This document shows, piece by piece, positions 10,702 to 19,131 of a stretch of 64,000 nt of DNA (the first letter of the stretch is position 1; the number at the start of each line of letters is the position of its first letter). The DNA comes from an uncultured Methanosarcinaceae archaeon (GTDB lineage: Archaea > Halobacteriota > Methanosarcinia > Methanosarcinales > Methanosarcinaceae): NCBI GenBank assembly GCA_963721455.1, contig CAVRJG010000015.1, positions 96,001-160,000 of the forward strand. The letters are read 5' to 3'. Both the position numbers and the translations under genes were made by a program. The notes under the pieces were generated by a model that was given only the letters and a program-made list of their open reading frames with translations, was not told the origin of the DNA and ran no database searches.

Positions 10702-10769
10702 AACTCAGGGGATAGGACTTCCAGTCTATTTGGCAGCCTTTAGTCAGGTCTGCCAGTCAAAGGCTCCTT

Positions 10770-12263
10770 TTATTCGGATTTGTTTTTATTTTCATGGAGA
10801 AGGGAGAGATCCAGGATTCTTTCAAACACTCCTTTATCCCTTAATCCGACAATTCTTGCCTGGAGCCTGTCTGTCGTAAGGTTTCCATCCTCCTGCATGT
10901 AAACGTATTTTCCATTCTCAATGCCCACGATTACAGAAGAGTCAGGTATACGCTCTACCCCGAAATAGATTGCGAGCTGGATGTCCTTGTTTACATCTGC
11001 GGACATGATCGTTGCTTCTCCTCCGTGTTCTGCTGCCAGTTCGTTAAGGATCGGTTTCAGGGACCGACATGCCCCGCACCACTCAGCTCCTATTCTCAAA
11101 AAAACCGGGCCTTCTTCAAGAGATGTGTTTATCTGCCTGAGTTCATTTATTTCTACAACAACACCTTTCTCGGGGGCATTTCCGGAATCAAGGGGGTATT
11201 TCTTATTTGCTATTGAGGTATTGACGTTAGCGATTTCATCTTCAGAATTGCTGCCTGAGAAAGTCTCGTTTACCATAGGCATATAATCCATACTTCCGGT
11301 TGTCCTGTTGATAACATAAGGAGTATCTCCTATACCGTTTTCGTCAGCATCCGTTCCGTTATAATCGTTCCATAAATTACCTGCCGAGCTGCTGTTCCAA
11401 ACATTATTTCCTTCGTCCACGGCATTGAGGAAGTTAATAAATTCATTTTCATAGAGTGTGTTGTTTGATGACCCTTTAAGGTACACTCCAATGTCGTTCA
11501 GGTACAGGCTGTTATTTATCAAGAAATTGGACCCTGCAGCCTGTCCTCGAATTCCATATCCGTTTTTCGAAATTATATTATAAGCAAGCTTATTCTTCTG
11601 AGACATTCCAAGGAAAATTCCTTCTGCGTTTGAGCCTGCGGTATTATTAACAAGGGTATTATTAACTGAATTATTCAGCGAAATCCCCTGGTTATTTGCC
11701 ACTACCAGATTATTTGACAATACATTTTCATTAGAATTAGAAAGAACAATTCCACTGGATCCAAGACCTATTTGATTGTTGTCAAGGAGATTACCCTGAG
11801 AATTATTGAGATAAATGCCAATATCATTCAGTACCAGGGTATTATCACTTAATGAACAGTTCTGCACTCCTTCAAGGTAAAGCCCGACCTCGTGCCTGCC
11901 TGCTCCGGAGGAACCTCCTGCAATATGGAAACCGTTTATTGTTACGTTGCTTGAGCTAATGCTGAAGACATCAACGTCAGGAACTGCGCCTACAATATAT
12001 GTACGCTCAGTCTGTTCGCCTGAAAGAGTGGAATGTGAGAGGATTGCAAGTTCTTTGTTTACTTTTACATTCTCCTTATATATGCCAGAGTTTACAAGGA
12101 TTGTATCCCCATTCTGTGCATTATTGACAGCTTCCTGGATCGAACTATAGTTTCCTCCCCCATTGTTATTTACAGTAATAACTGTAGCACCTGCCTGGGT
12201 TACCGTTACCCCAAGCATAAATAGGAAAATTATGCAAATATTTTGAACTGATTTACCTTTCAT
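10770..12263 (-). CDS. Secreted right-handed beta-helix (NosD/CASH-like) protein with C-terminal thioredoxin domain
   Basis: Signal peptide; YSSIQEAVNNA..GDTILV; many GIxLxxSxxNxLxNN repeats; GNLWNDY..GIGDTPY cap; C-terminal WCGAC. Confidence 0.9.
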   Translation of the reverse strand: MKGKSVQNICIIFLFMLGVTVTQAGATVITVNNNGGGNYSSIQEAVNNAQNGDTILVNSGIYKENVKVNKELAILSHSTLSGEQTERTYIVGAVPDVDVFSISSSNVTINGFHIAGGSSGAGRHEVGLYLEGVQNCSLSDNTLVLNDIGIYLNNSQGNLLDNNQIGLGSSGIVLSNSNENVLSNNLVVANNQGISLNNSVNNTLVNNTAGSNAEGIFLGMSQKNKLAYNIISKNGYGIRGQAAGSNFLINNSLYLNDIGVYLKGSSNNTLYENEFINFLNAVDEGNNVWNSSSAGNLWNDYNGTDADENGIGDTPYVINRTTGSMDYMPMVNETFSGSNSEDEIANVNTSIANKKYPLDSGNAPEKGVVVEINELRQINTSLEEGPVFLRIGAEWCGACRSLKPILNELAAEHGGEATIMSADVNKDIQLAIYFGVERIPDSSVIVGIENGKYVYMQEDGNLTTDRLQARIVGLRDKGVFERILDLSLLHENKNKSE

Positions 12264-12692
12264 AAACCAATACTCCCCTTAATTGGTTAAGCTATACAGA
12301 CAGAAGTAAAATTCTGCTTTTATAATAACTTGTAAGAATAATAATTCGAGACAATAAAATGGTTTTGGAATATATATTCTGAAAAATAAACCTGAACTGA
12401 CACTTTATTAGATCTTTCGAATAGTAATATTAGCATAACTTCCCGTAATTTCAATGTTAATTATTCAGGACTTACGCAATTAAACTGGAAAATCCATAGC
12501 ATTAAACCTTTAACTATCTAAAATATAAATTTAAACCGTAGTGTTTATTGTATTCGATTTTGTACCTTAAGTGCGTAAGTCCTATTATTTTAATGTTAAT
12601 TATTAAATCAGCCGGGGACCACAGATTGCAGAACCGGATAAAACAGGTTCAAGGCCCTTTCCACAGTTTATCTCCATGAATTGTGAAAAAAT

Positions 12693-13112
12693 TCAGATTG
12701 ATTTCTCCCACCCCTGTCCAAAGTCTACGAGGGGCCTGACCTCATAGACCTCGAAGGTCAATGAAGCGTGTATCATCTTCGCGCCTTCTTCGCCTACGAA
12801 ATTGGCAGCCTGGCTTCGGATCATATCGAGCAGTTCCCCTGATGTCGCATACTCCTTCAGCTTCATATAAACCCGGATGCCCTTCCAATCCGTGATTGAA
12901 TCTCCCGGTTCCATAATTGTATACATAGCATGCGGATTCTCCAGAAGATTTGCGAAGGTGCGGTTATTGGCCGTTGCCGCTATAACAGTCTTTTCATCGA
13001 TCATTTGAGGCGAGCCAAAGACAGCCGAATCAACCCGTCCGTCGTTGCTGGACGTGCTGAGAACGCCGAGCCTGGGCGCTTTATTAAAATATTCCATCAA
13101 GTTTGCTGGCAT
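12693..13112 (-). CDS. Pyridoxamine 5'-phosphate oxidase-like FMN-binding protein
   Basis: GVLSTSSNDGRVD, RTFANLLENP, KGIRVY split-barrel motifs. Confidence 0.82.
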   Translation of the reverse strand: MPANLMEYFNKAPRLGVLSTSSNDGRVDSAVFGSPQMIDEKTVIAATANNRTFANLLENPHAMYTIMEPGDSITDWKGIRVYMKLKEYATSGELLDMIRSQAANFVGEEGAKMIHASLTFEVYEVRPLVDFGQGWEKSI

Positions 13113-13265
13113 ATTCTATCTCCTTTGCAAATTATTATCACTTTTCCCTTAAAAAAGTATCAATATAGGCGTAAACGGGATGGCTTGAAATTTTTCTGCC
13201 GTCTATCCCATGCTGTAAATAATGCCCGTAACCAGGATGAAAGATTCAGGATCTGCTAATTTTTT

Positions 13266-14102
13266 TCAATCAAGAGACTCGGCTTCGTGTATATATTCAG
13301 ACCCATTGAGAGTTTCAAGGGCAAGTTTTGTCATAAGCACGTGGCTTATTAAAAATCTTTCTTTACTTTCGAAAACCATCGTTCCCAGAGAATTGGCAGC
13401 TTTAATGATTACACTTTCAAAGTCACTGAAATCTGCGTAAGAAAGTTCTTTTTCTGAAAGGCCAGGGATAGGCTGAAGTAAATCGGCTTCTCCTCCCTGT
13501 TGAATAAGCAGGCTGAGAATACCCGGAAATTCTTCAGAGAAGATAATCGCTTCTTTTCCATGGGGTTGAGATAAAAGTATACCTGCGCCTGGAGGGATAA
13601 ACCCTCCGTTCTCCGGAACTCTGATATACTGCTGCCCGAAGGTCTCCTTTCCTATGGACCCTATAGCCAGAGCCGCAGCCAGAGTCTCCCTCTCCATTTT
13701 CTGAAGAGACGCAGAATTCGAAATTTCCCCAAGGTATGCGACTGCAATCCTGACCGCTGCCTCCATCTTCTGCCCAACCGCTGCCTTCCCGATTGCACAG
13801 AGGGAGTAAAGGATACTTAAACAGGTGTCAGTCATTCTCTGCTCTCTTGCAACTTCAGCCATCTTTCCAAGAGAAAAAAGAGATAAAAACACCCCAATTT
13901 CCATTTTCTGAAAGACAGCAGCGTTACCTATATTTCTTATACTGATAACGGCCTTTTTTGCATCGGGCTCGAGTCCCTTGTTTATGTATTCGGTTCCCCG
14001 TTCCGTAAGGAAATCTATGGATCGTAGCACACCAAGCTCGTCATTATCCTTAACAGAACTCAACCCGAGGTCCGTTGCTCCAGTTTCGTTTAAAATAGAC
14101 GT
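13266..14102 (-). CDS. Uncharacterised helical 23-aa repeat protein (paralog 3 of 4); inferred ACG start
   Basis: IRNIGNAAVFQKME, LCAIGKAAVGQKME, LGEISNSASLQKME repeats; N-terminus (M)SILNETGATDLG aligns with paralogs 1 and 2; GGGGTG RBS; ORF-track TTG at 14063 is the alternative. Confidence 0.8.
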   Translation of the reverse strand, partial: TSILNETGATDLGLSSVKDNDELGVLRSIDFLTERGTEYINKGLEPDAKKAVISIRNIGNAAVFQKMEIGVFLSLFSLGKMAEVAREQRMTDTCLSILYSLCAIGKAAVGQKMEAAVRIAVAYLGEISNSASLQKMERETLAAALAIGSIGKETFGQQYIRVPENGGFIPPGAGILLSQPHGKEAIIFSEEFPGILSLLIQQGGEADLLQPIPGLSEKELSYADFSDFESVIIKAANSLGTMVFESKERFLISHVLMTKLALETLNGSEYIHEAESLD

Positions 14103-14258
14103 TCAGAACACCCCATTAAAAGTTCTTATATCCGGAAAAGGCGCCTCAAAGCTAGACAATCCTGCCTGCACTCCTTTCCCTTATGAAGGAAGGTATCGTA
14201 ATTCGGCACTGAATTGATTTACTCAATAATAATACTCAGTGAACTGAGTGGAAAAAGT

Positions 14259-15137
14259 TCATAAACCAGTACCTGGAAATTTCTTCTTTCCCCTGGAAGT
14301 TTTATTCAGTTTATCTTCCAGTTTCTCAATTTTTAATATTTCAAAGTGCAGGAGAGCTACTTCAGCTATGATGGAAGCGCTCATCAGGTAGCGGTCCTCT
14401 GCATTAAATTTAATCGTTTCAAGCGAATAGGTTGCCTGGAGCAGAGCCCTATCAAGCCCCTGCCTGTCTGCAGTTTTTCCTATATCCTGAAGAGAGCGGA
14501 CACTCGTATCAGCAGTTTCTTTCAGATTTTTTTCAATCGCCCCGGTTCCGATTTCCTGCAGCAATAACTCGGCGTTTAATGCTGCATCCTCGAAGTTCTG
14601 GCTTGCTGCAACCTTCCCGGTTTCCCCAAGAAGGGCTACTGTGCTGTTTGCGGCATCACCCAGGCTTTGCGATGTAACGCTTTTTCCAATTTCCCCAAGA
14701 GCAAAAATAACTGCAATTGTTTCTTTTCTGGTTCTTGTGAAAGCCGCTGTATTTCCCATCTCGCCAAGACAGGAGGCTGCAATCTTTGAGGGAATCTCCA
14801 TTTTTTGTCCTGCTGCAGCTTTCCCGATCTCTCCAAAAGCGAGTGCTATGCTCACAAGGGCATTTTCCATATGCTGCCTGCATGCTTCTCTGGCAACCGG
14901 AGAAAACAGAAGAAGCGTACTGACAACAATCGGTTCAAGCCTGGCCATAGCTGCCGCTTTCCCTATTTTTGTTATATATTCGATTAATCTTCTGGTGTCG
15001 CTTTCCTGTCCTTCTTTTGCATATTTCATTGCAAGCTCGGAGAGGTAATTAAGGACTCCTTTAATTTCGGCTTCATTTTTTTCATCAACCAAAACAAGTC
15101 CCAGTTCTAAAGCCTCGTTTTCATCGGACGGTAGAAT
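14259..15137 (-). CDS. Uncharacterised helical 23-aa repeat protein (paralog 4 of 4); inferred ATT start
   Basis: Six consecutive units at exact 23-aa spacing (FGEIGK, LGEMGN, LGEIGK, LGETGK, LQEIGT, LQDIGK); N-terminus (M)LPSDENEALELG aligns with paralogs; ORF-track TTG at 15092 is the alternative. Confidence 0.8.
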   Translation of the reverse strand: MLPSDENEALELGLVLVDEKNEAEIKGVLNYLSELAMKYAKEGQESDTRRLIEYITKIGKAAAMARLEPIVVSTLLLFSPVAREACRQHMENALVSIALAFGEIGKAAAGQKMEIPSKIAASCLGEMGNTAAFTRTRKETIAVIFALGEIGKSVTSQSLGDAANSTVALLGETGKVAASQNFEDAALNAELLLQEIGTGAIEKNLKETADTSVRSLQDIGKTADRQGLDRALLQATYSLETIKFNAEDRYLMSASIIAEVALLHFEILKIEKLEDKLNKTSRGKKKFPGTGL

Positions 15138-15494
15138 CCTTCATGCCCCCAGATTCTCTCTTAAGTAAGTATGGATATGTGAGAATATGAGCTTTATCAT
15201 GGGAAAAAAGAATTACCAGGGGATCTTCTTCCTGAAAAAACAAAGAAATTTGCTATAGTTCAACAATAAATATACTCACGTAATAGAATGTTATATGTAT
15301 ACTTGGCGCTAATAAGAAGCCGATTGCTTGCAAGTAAACCTCAAAGTCTCATTTCACACACAGGAGAATCAAAATGATTAACTCTGGAAGGATAAGCTTC
15401 ATCCCTTCTTCCTGTCCGTCCCAAACCGTTCTATCGTGAGCAGCTACCTCTCCATACTTGTTTTTACAAATCAGAACACTAACAGTCGATAGGA

Positions 15495-15719
15495 TTGATT
15501 TCACAGATCATCGGCCGGGAAAGTGAAATGTACTCAAAACAGGATAGTCTTCTTCACAGGAAAGTCTACAAAGAAGTGCCTCCAAGGGTGAAATATTCAT
15601 TAACCGATATAGGCCGTAGGTTTTTGCCAGTAGATAAAAGGTTCGATTTCGGAGAAGAGTACCTTAATTTATTAAGTGTTAAGATTGAGTGGGCATGCTT
15701 CAATCGTTCACGAGTTTAA
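15495..15719 (+). pseudogene. HxlR-family winged-helix regulator remnant
   Basis: RKVYKEVPPRVKYSLTDIG is the HxlR C-terminal motif; the N-terminal HTH is not recognisable. Confidence 0.6.
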
Positions 15720-15820
15720 TCTCGAAACTATCAAGATCTATACATTTTCAGCATCTGTTGTGAACATCCAGGTGAAAGCTTAGCAAAAATTCGTAAAAGA
15801 AACAAAAATTCACAGGAAAT

Positions 15821-15853
15821 AACTGAGCCGAGCCCGGAAGCCCGGACTCAGTT
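15821..15853 (-). terminator. Hairpin downstream of mtmB
   Basis: AACTGAG..CTCAGTT stem followed by a T-rich tract on the minus strand. Confidence 0.45.
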
Positions 15854-15893
15854 GGGTTATTAACTGGTTTCTTAACTGGTTTCTGTATTAATT

Positions 15894-17270
15894 TTAGAAT
15901 ACAAGTCCTAGGTCTTCGAGCTTCTTCCTTGCTCCGTCGTAGACCTGCATGTATTCGTCAGTTGGGGTTACTGTCTTTACGTTGTAACACTCCTGGAAAG
16001 TCTTTCCTGCAGGGGCGCTTGCGTAATTCTTCTCGTAGAGGGCTACAAGCTTATCGAGAATCACGTTTATCTCTGAGATTTCCACACCTGCAGTTGCCCT
16101 TGCCACTTCTCCCATCATCCTGGCTTCCATACCTGTGGTCTTGTCGGTTACGACACCTTTTGCGGCTGCGACACCTGAGAGGATTTCTCTGCCTGATGCC
16201 GTGTCAGTGATGGACTGGGCTGAAGCCTCGAGGAGGCACATCTCAGTACAGGGACCCGCACATGGGTAGTACTGGTTTCCTGAGAGAATGTCTGTGAACT
16301 CGGAAATTGTTGCACATGCCCAGCCTGCAATTATGAGAGTCTCTCTGGTATTGGTTGATCCCCAGCGGATGTGGACAGGACCGTCAAGGTGCCAGCTTGC
16401 GCTGCTCATGACAATGGAGTTGATGTGGGTTGCAATGTCAACGATTGTGGTTTCCTCAATTCCTCCAGCGTATCCTCCGAAAATCGGCATCTGCTCGTCC
16501 ATAATGATATCGCTGTTTCCTTTGTAGTGGGCGATAACTGCGATTGCATCGAGGTCAATCTTGAGCTCATTTAGCTGGGAGACTTCGTGGCTGTCCGAGC
16601 TTATCTGGCCGCCAACGCAGTCAGAGGATATATTTCCCTGAGCAGACAGGGAAGTCTCCGGGCCCTATATGCCCATGCCCGGGCGGCCTGCCATTGCGCA
16701 TGCCTGCTTAATCAGGCGGGTTTCGGTCTTTGCGGCAAGGACTTCATAGGGGCTGCCGGGTATAGGGGGTTTCCCGCGGACTGAGGTCATGACACCGTCT
16801 ACAATCGTGTCGACTTCCTTTTCCAGAGCATAGCTCATGTGAACAGGCATAAACACATCTTCGGAAATCGGAGAACCTGTAGGACCGCCCTGGACGATGG
16901 GCTTTCTCTTGTCCCCGACACTTCTCTTCCTGACGTTTACTGCCTCTCTGCCTGTACCGAGGGTGAATTCTTTCTGGACATTGTTGAGTGCGTCCCAGAT
17001 TTCAGCTTCAGTGTACTTTACGATCCTGTGAGTGTCGGTACAGTAGATACCGCAGTCAAGGAGCATCTCGAATCCTGCCTTGAAGAGTTTTCCCATCATG
17101 TCCTTGTCCGTAGGAACAAACTCTCCTTTGAAGTCAAGCCCGTACTTCTGCTTGAGCTCCATTGACTTCATTGGGATCTTCATAAGGTCCCAGTCATCCT
17201 GGGTGCACTTCTCTCCTACTTTTGCCCTGTCGTAGAAGTCATAGCAGTCAAATGATTTTCTAAACGTCAT
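15894..17270 (-). CDS. mtmB: Monomethylamine:corrinoid methyltransferase, 458 aa, pyrrolysine at codon 202
   Basis: Two ORF-track fragments lie in one frame separated only by TAG (16665-16667) in context AGRPGMGI-O-GPETSLS; canonical MtmB N- and C-termini. Confidence 0.98.
16580..16667 (-). promoter_or_regulatory. Amber codon decoded as pyrrolysine plus downstream PYLIS region
   Basis: In-frame TAG at the known MtmB position; PYLIS extent inferred from position, not folded. Confidence 0.7.
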
Positions 17271-17289
17271 CGTCTTTTGCCTCCCAGGA

Positions 17290-17943
17290 TTATTTCATAA
17301 CTTCGAGTGCTACTTTTGCAGCCTCGGCAGCGTTTTCTGCAGTTGCATCAGCTCCGATTTCCTCGATCCATTTATCGGATACAGGAGCTCCTCCGAACAT
17401 GCACTTTACGCTGTCCCTGAGGTTTTCTTCCTTGAGCCTGTCCATAAGGTCTTTCTGGCCGAGCATGGAGGTGGTCATGAGAGCTGAGCCAACGAGAAGA
17501 ATCTTTTCGCCCTTGTGCTTTGCGGCTTCTTCTACAACGGTTTCGTTAAGGACGTCAACCCCAAGGTCAAGAATCTGGAATCCGTTTGCTCCGAGCATCG
17601 TGGTAACAAGCCTGTGCCCGATGTCGTGAATATCCCCTTCTGCAACAAAAGTGATTGCAAGTCCTATTTCGTCTCCTTCCTTCTTGTTCTTTGCAATTTC
17701 GGGAGTGAGGACTTCCATTGCATTGCTCATGGCTTTTCCGGACATCATAATTTGAGGCAGAAAAATCTCGGCGGCTTCGAACTTGTCACCGATAATTTTC
17801 ATTCCAACGGAAAGACCCTTGGAAATGATATCGAGAGGTGGAATTCCTGCAGCCAGGGCATCCTTGGCTAACTGTGCAGTGCCTGCGACGTTCTGATTTA
17901 CGATCGCATCGCGTAACTTGTCAAATATTTCAGTGTTTGTCAT
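17290..17943 (-). CDS. mtmC: Monomethylamine corrinoid protein
   Basis: EGDIHDIGH B12-binding motif, SALMTT, FGGAPV; directly upstream of mtmB. Confidence 0.96.
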   Translation of the reverse strand: MTNTEIFDKLRDAIVNQNVAGTAQLAKDALAAGIPPLDIISKGLSVGMKIIGDKFEAAEIFLPQIMMSGKAMSNAMEVLTPEIAKNKKEGDEIGLAITFVAEGDIHDIGHRLVTTMLGANGFQILDLGVDVLNETVVEEAAKHKGEKILLVGSALMTTSMLGQKDLMDRLKEENLRDSVKCMFGGAPVSDKWIEEIGADATAENAAEAAKVALEVMK

Positions 17944-18033
17944 CCCATCATCACTTCTTTTTGTTTTTTACGTCTGGCCGGTAAGGAATCCATTTTCACT
18001 TGCCGGATAGCGGAATCTTCATACCTATTATCA

Positions 18034-18050
18034 GATATATAAAATTTTCT
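18034..18050 (-). promoter_or_regulatory. BRE-TATA of mtmCB
   Basis: Minus strand reads AGAAAA-TTTTATATATC about 90 nt upstream of mtmC; CCGGTAAG/CTTGCCGG hairpin in the predicted 5' UTR. Confidence 0.55.
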
Positions 18051-18215
18051 ATTGGATTTGATGATTATATATAAGTTACGCTAGAAAGATGTGAAGGGTG
18101 AGAATCACCTATAAATAGTTTTTTGCTGGGCTAACAGGAACCAGACCAAAAAATCGATGTGTAAAATAAAAATGTTAAATAATAAAAACGAAAAATAGCT
18201 TGATTGACGCCGGCT

Positions 18216-18482
18216 TCACCTGAAAAATATAAGAAAAACGATGAATGTCGCAATATTGAGCAAAAAGCCAAAAACACTTGTTATAAGCCCTGCTTTTGCA
18301 GTTACATCCTCAGACTCTTTCAGACTGGACCTGGCCAGGATAATCCCAGAAATGGAAACGGGTATTGCAAAAGAGGTAAGGAATAGACTTCCTGTGCCGA
18401 GCCAGAAAGAAAGGGAAATAAATACGCTTATCAGCCCCGATATAAGGCTGAGAATTCCCTTGAAGCCTGAAAAGTCGTTGAT
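18216..18482 (-). CDS. Small membrane protein (88 aa, about 3 TM segments), absent from ORF track; inferred ATC start
   Basis: Hand translation (M)NDFSGFKGILSLISGLISVFISLSFWLGTGSLFLTSFAIPVSISGIILARSSLKESEDVTAKAGLITSVFGFLLNIATFIVFLIFFR*; AGGAGG 7 nt upstream. Confidence 0.72.
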   Translation of the reverse strand: MNDFSGFKGILSLISGLISVFISLSFWLGTGSLFLTSFAIPVSISGIILARSSLKESEDVTAKAGLITSVFGFLLNIATFIVFLIFFR

Positions 18483-18571
18483 TTCGTTTCCTCCTGCCCG
18501 AAAACCCTTAATGTACCCTAATTAGCACGCCCGGAATTAATATTTTAGGGGTGAAGATTCAGGCCATGCCA

Positions 18572-18937
18572 TTATTCGATTTTTACTCCTATACTTGCGC
18601 CCTCAAGTTTCCATTCATATCTTTTCAGTTCCAGCGAATCGTTAAGGCACTGCCCTGTCCTTATGTCAAATTTTCTGCCGTGGCAGAGGCACGTGAGAAC
18701 AAAATCTTCAAGCCTCCCCCTGTCCATGGGACAGCGGGCATGGGGACAGATGTTTGACAAAGCATTGATCTGTCCTTCACTTCTAACCAGAAGGACATCC
18801 TTTCCCCCGGCTGTGACATGAAGGAGTTTTCCCTCTTTTAAGTTATTCTCCTCAACTGCATAATACCACGGAGGCTCAAAGCCGGAAACAGAACCTGTTT
18901 CAGATATTTTTTCAGAAGACATGTTATCAATCACCAT
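18572..18937 (-). CDS. Rieske [2Fe-2S] ferredoxin
   Basis: CPH and CLCHGRKFD ligand motifs. Confidence 0.9.
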   Translation of the reverse strand: MVIDNMSSEKISETGSVSGFEPPWYYAVEENNLKEGKLLHVTAGGKDVLLVRSEGQINALSNICPHARCPMDRGRLEDFVLTCLCHGRKFDIRTGQCLNDSLELKRYEWKLEGASIGVKIE

Positions 18938-19071
18938 AAATAGGAATCCTGAATTTGCCTGTATCTTCCGGAATTCTTTCCTTAATATTAAGCTGGAGAT
19001 CGGTATAAGTTTTTCTAAACTCGGAAAAAAATGAGTAAGAAAAATTAGAAAACAGAAAGCAAAAAAGGAAC

Positions 19072-19109
19072 AGTGAAATACCCCTAAGCTAAAGACTTCG
19101 GGGTTTCAC
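19072..19109 (-). terminator. Hairpin between flavoprotein and Rieske genes
   Basis: GTGAAAtaCCCC..GGGGTTTCAC stem followed by T-runs on the minus strand. Confidence 0.5.
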
Positions 19110-19131
19110 GCTTCTTCCTGTAAAAAAATAT

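Noticed and set aside
15894-17270. mtmB as a split pseudogene
   Set aside because: The TAG is at the known pyrrolysine position.
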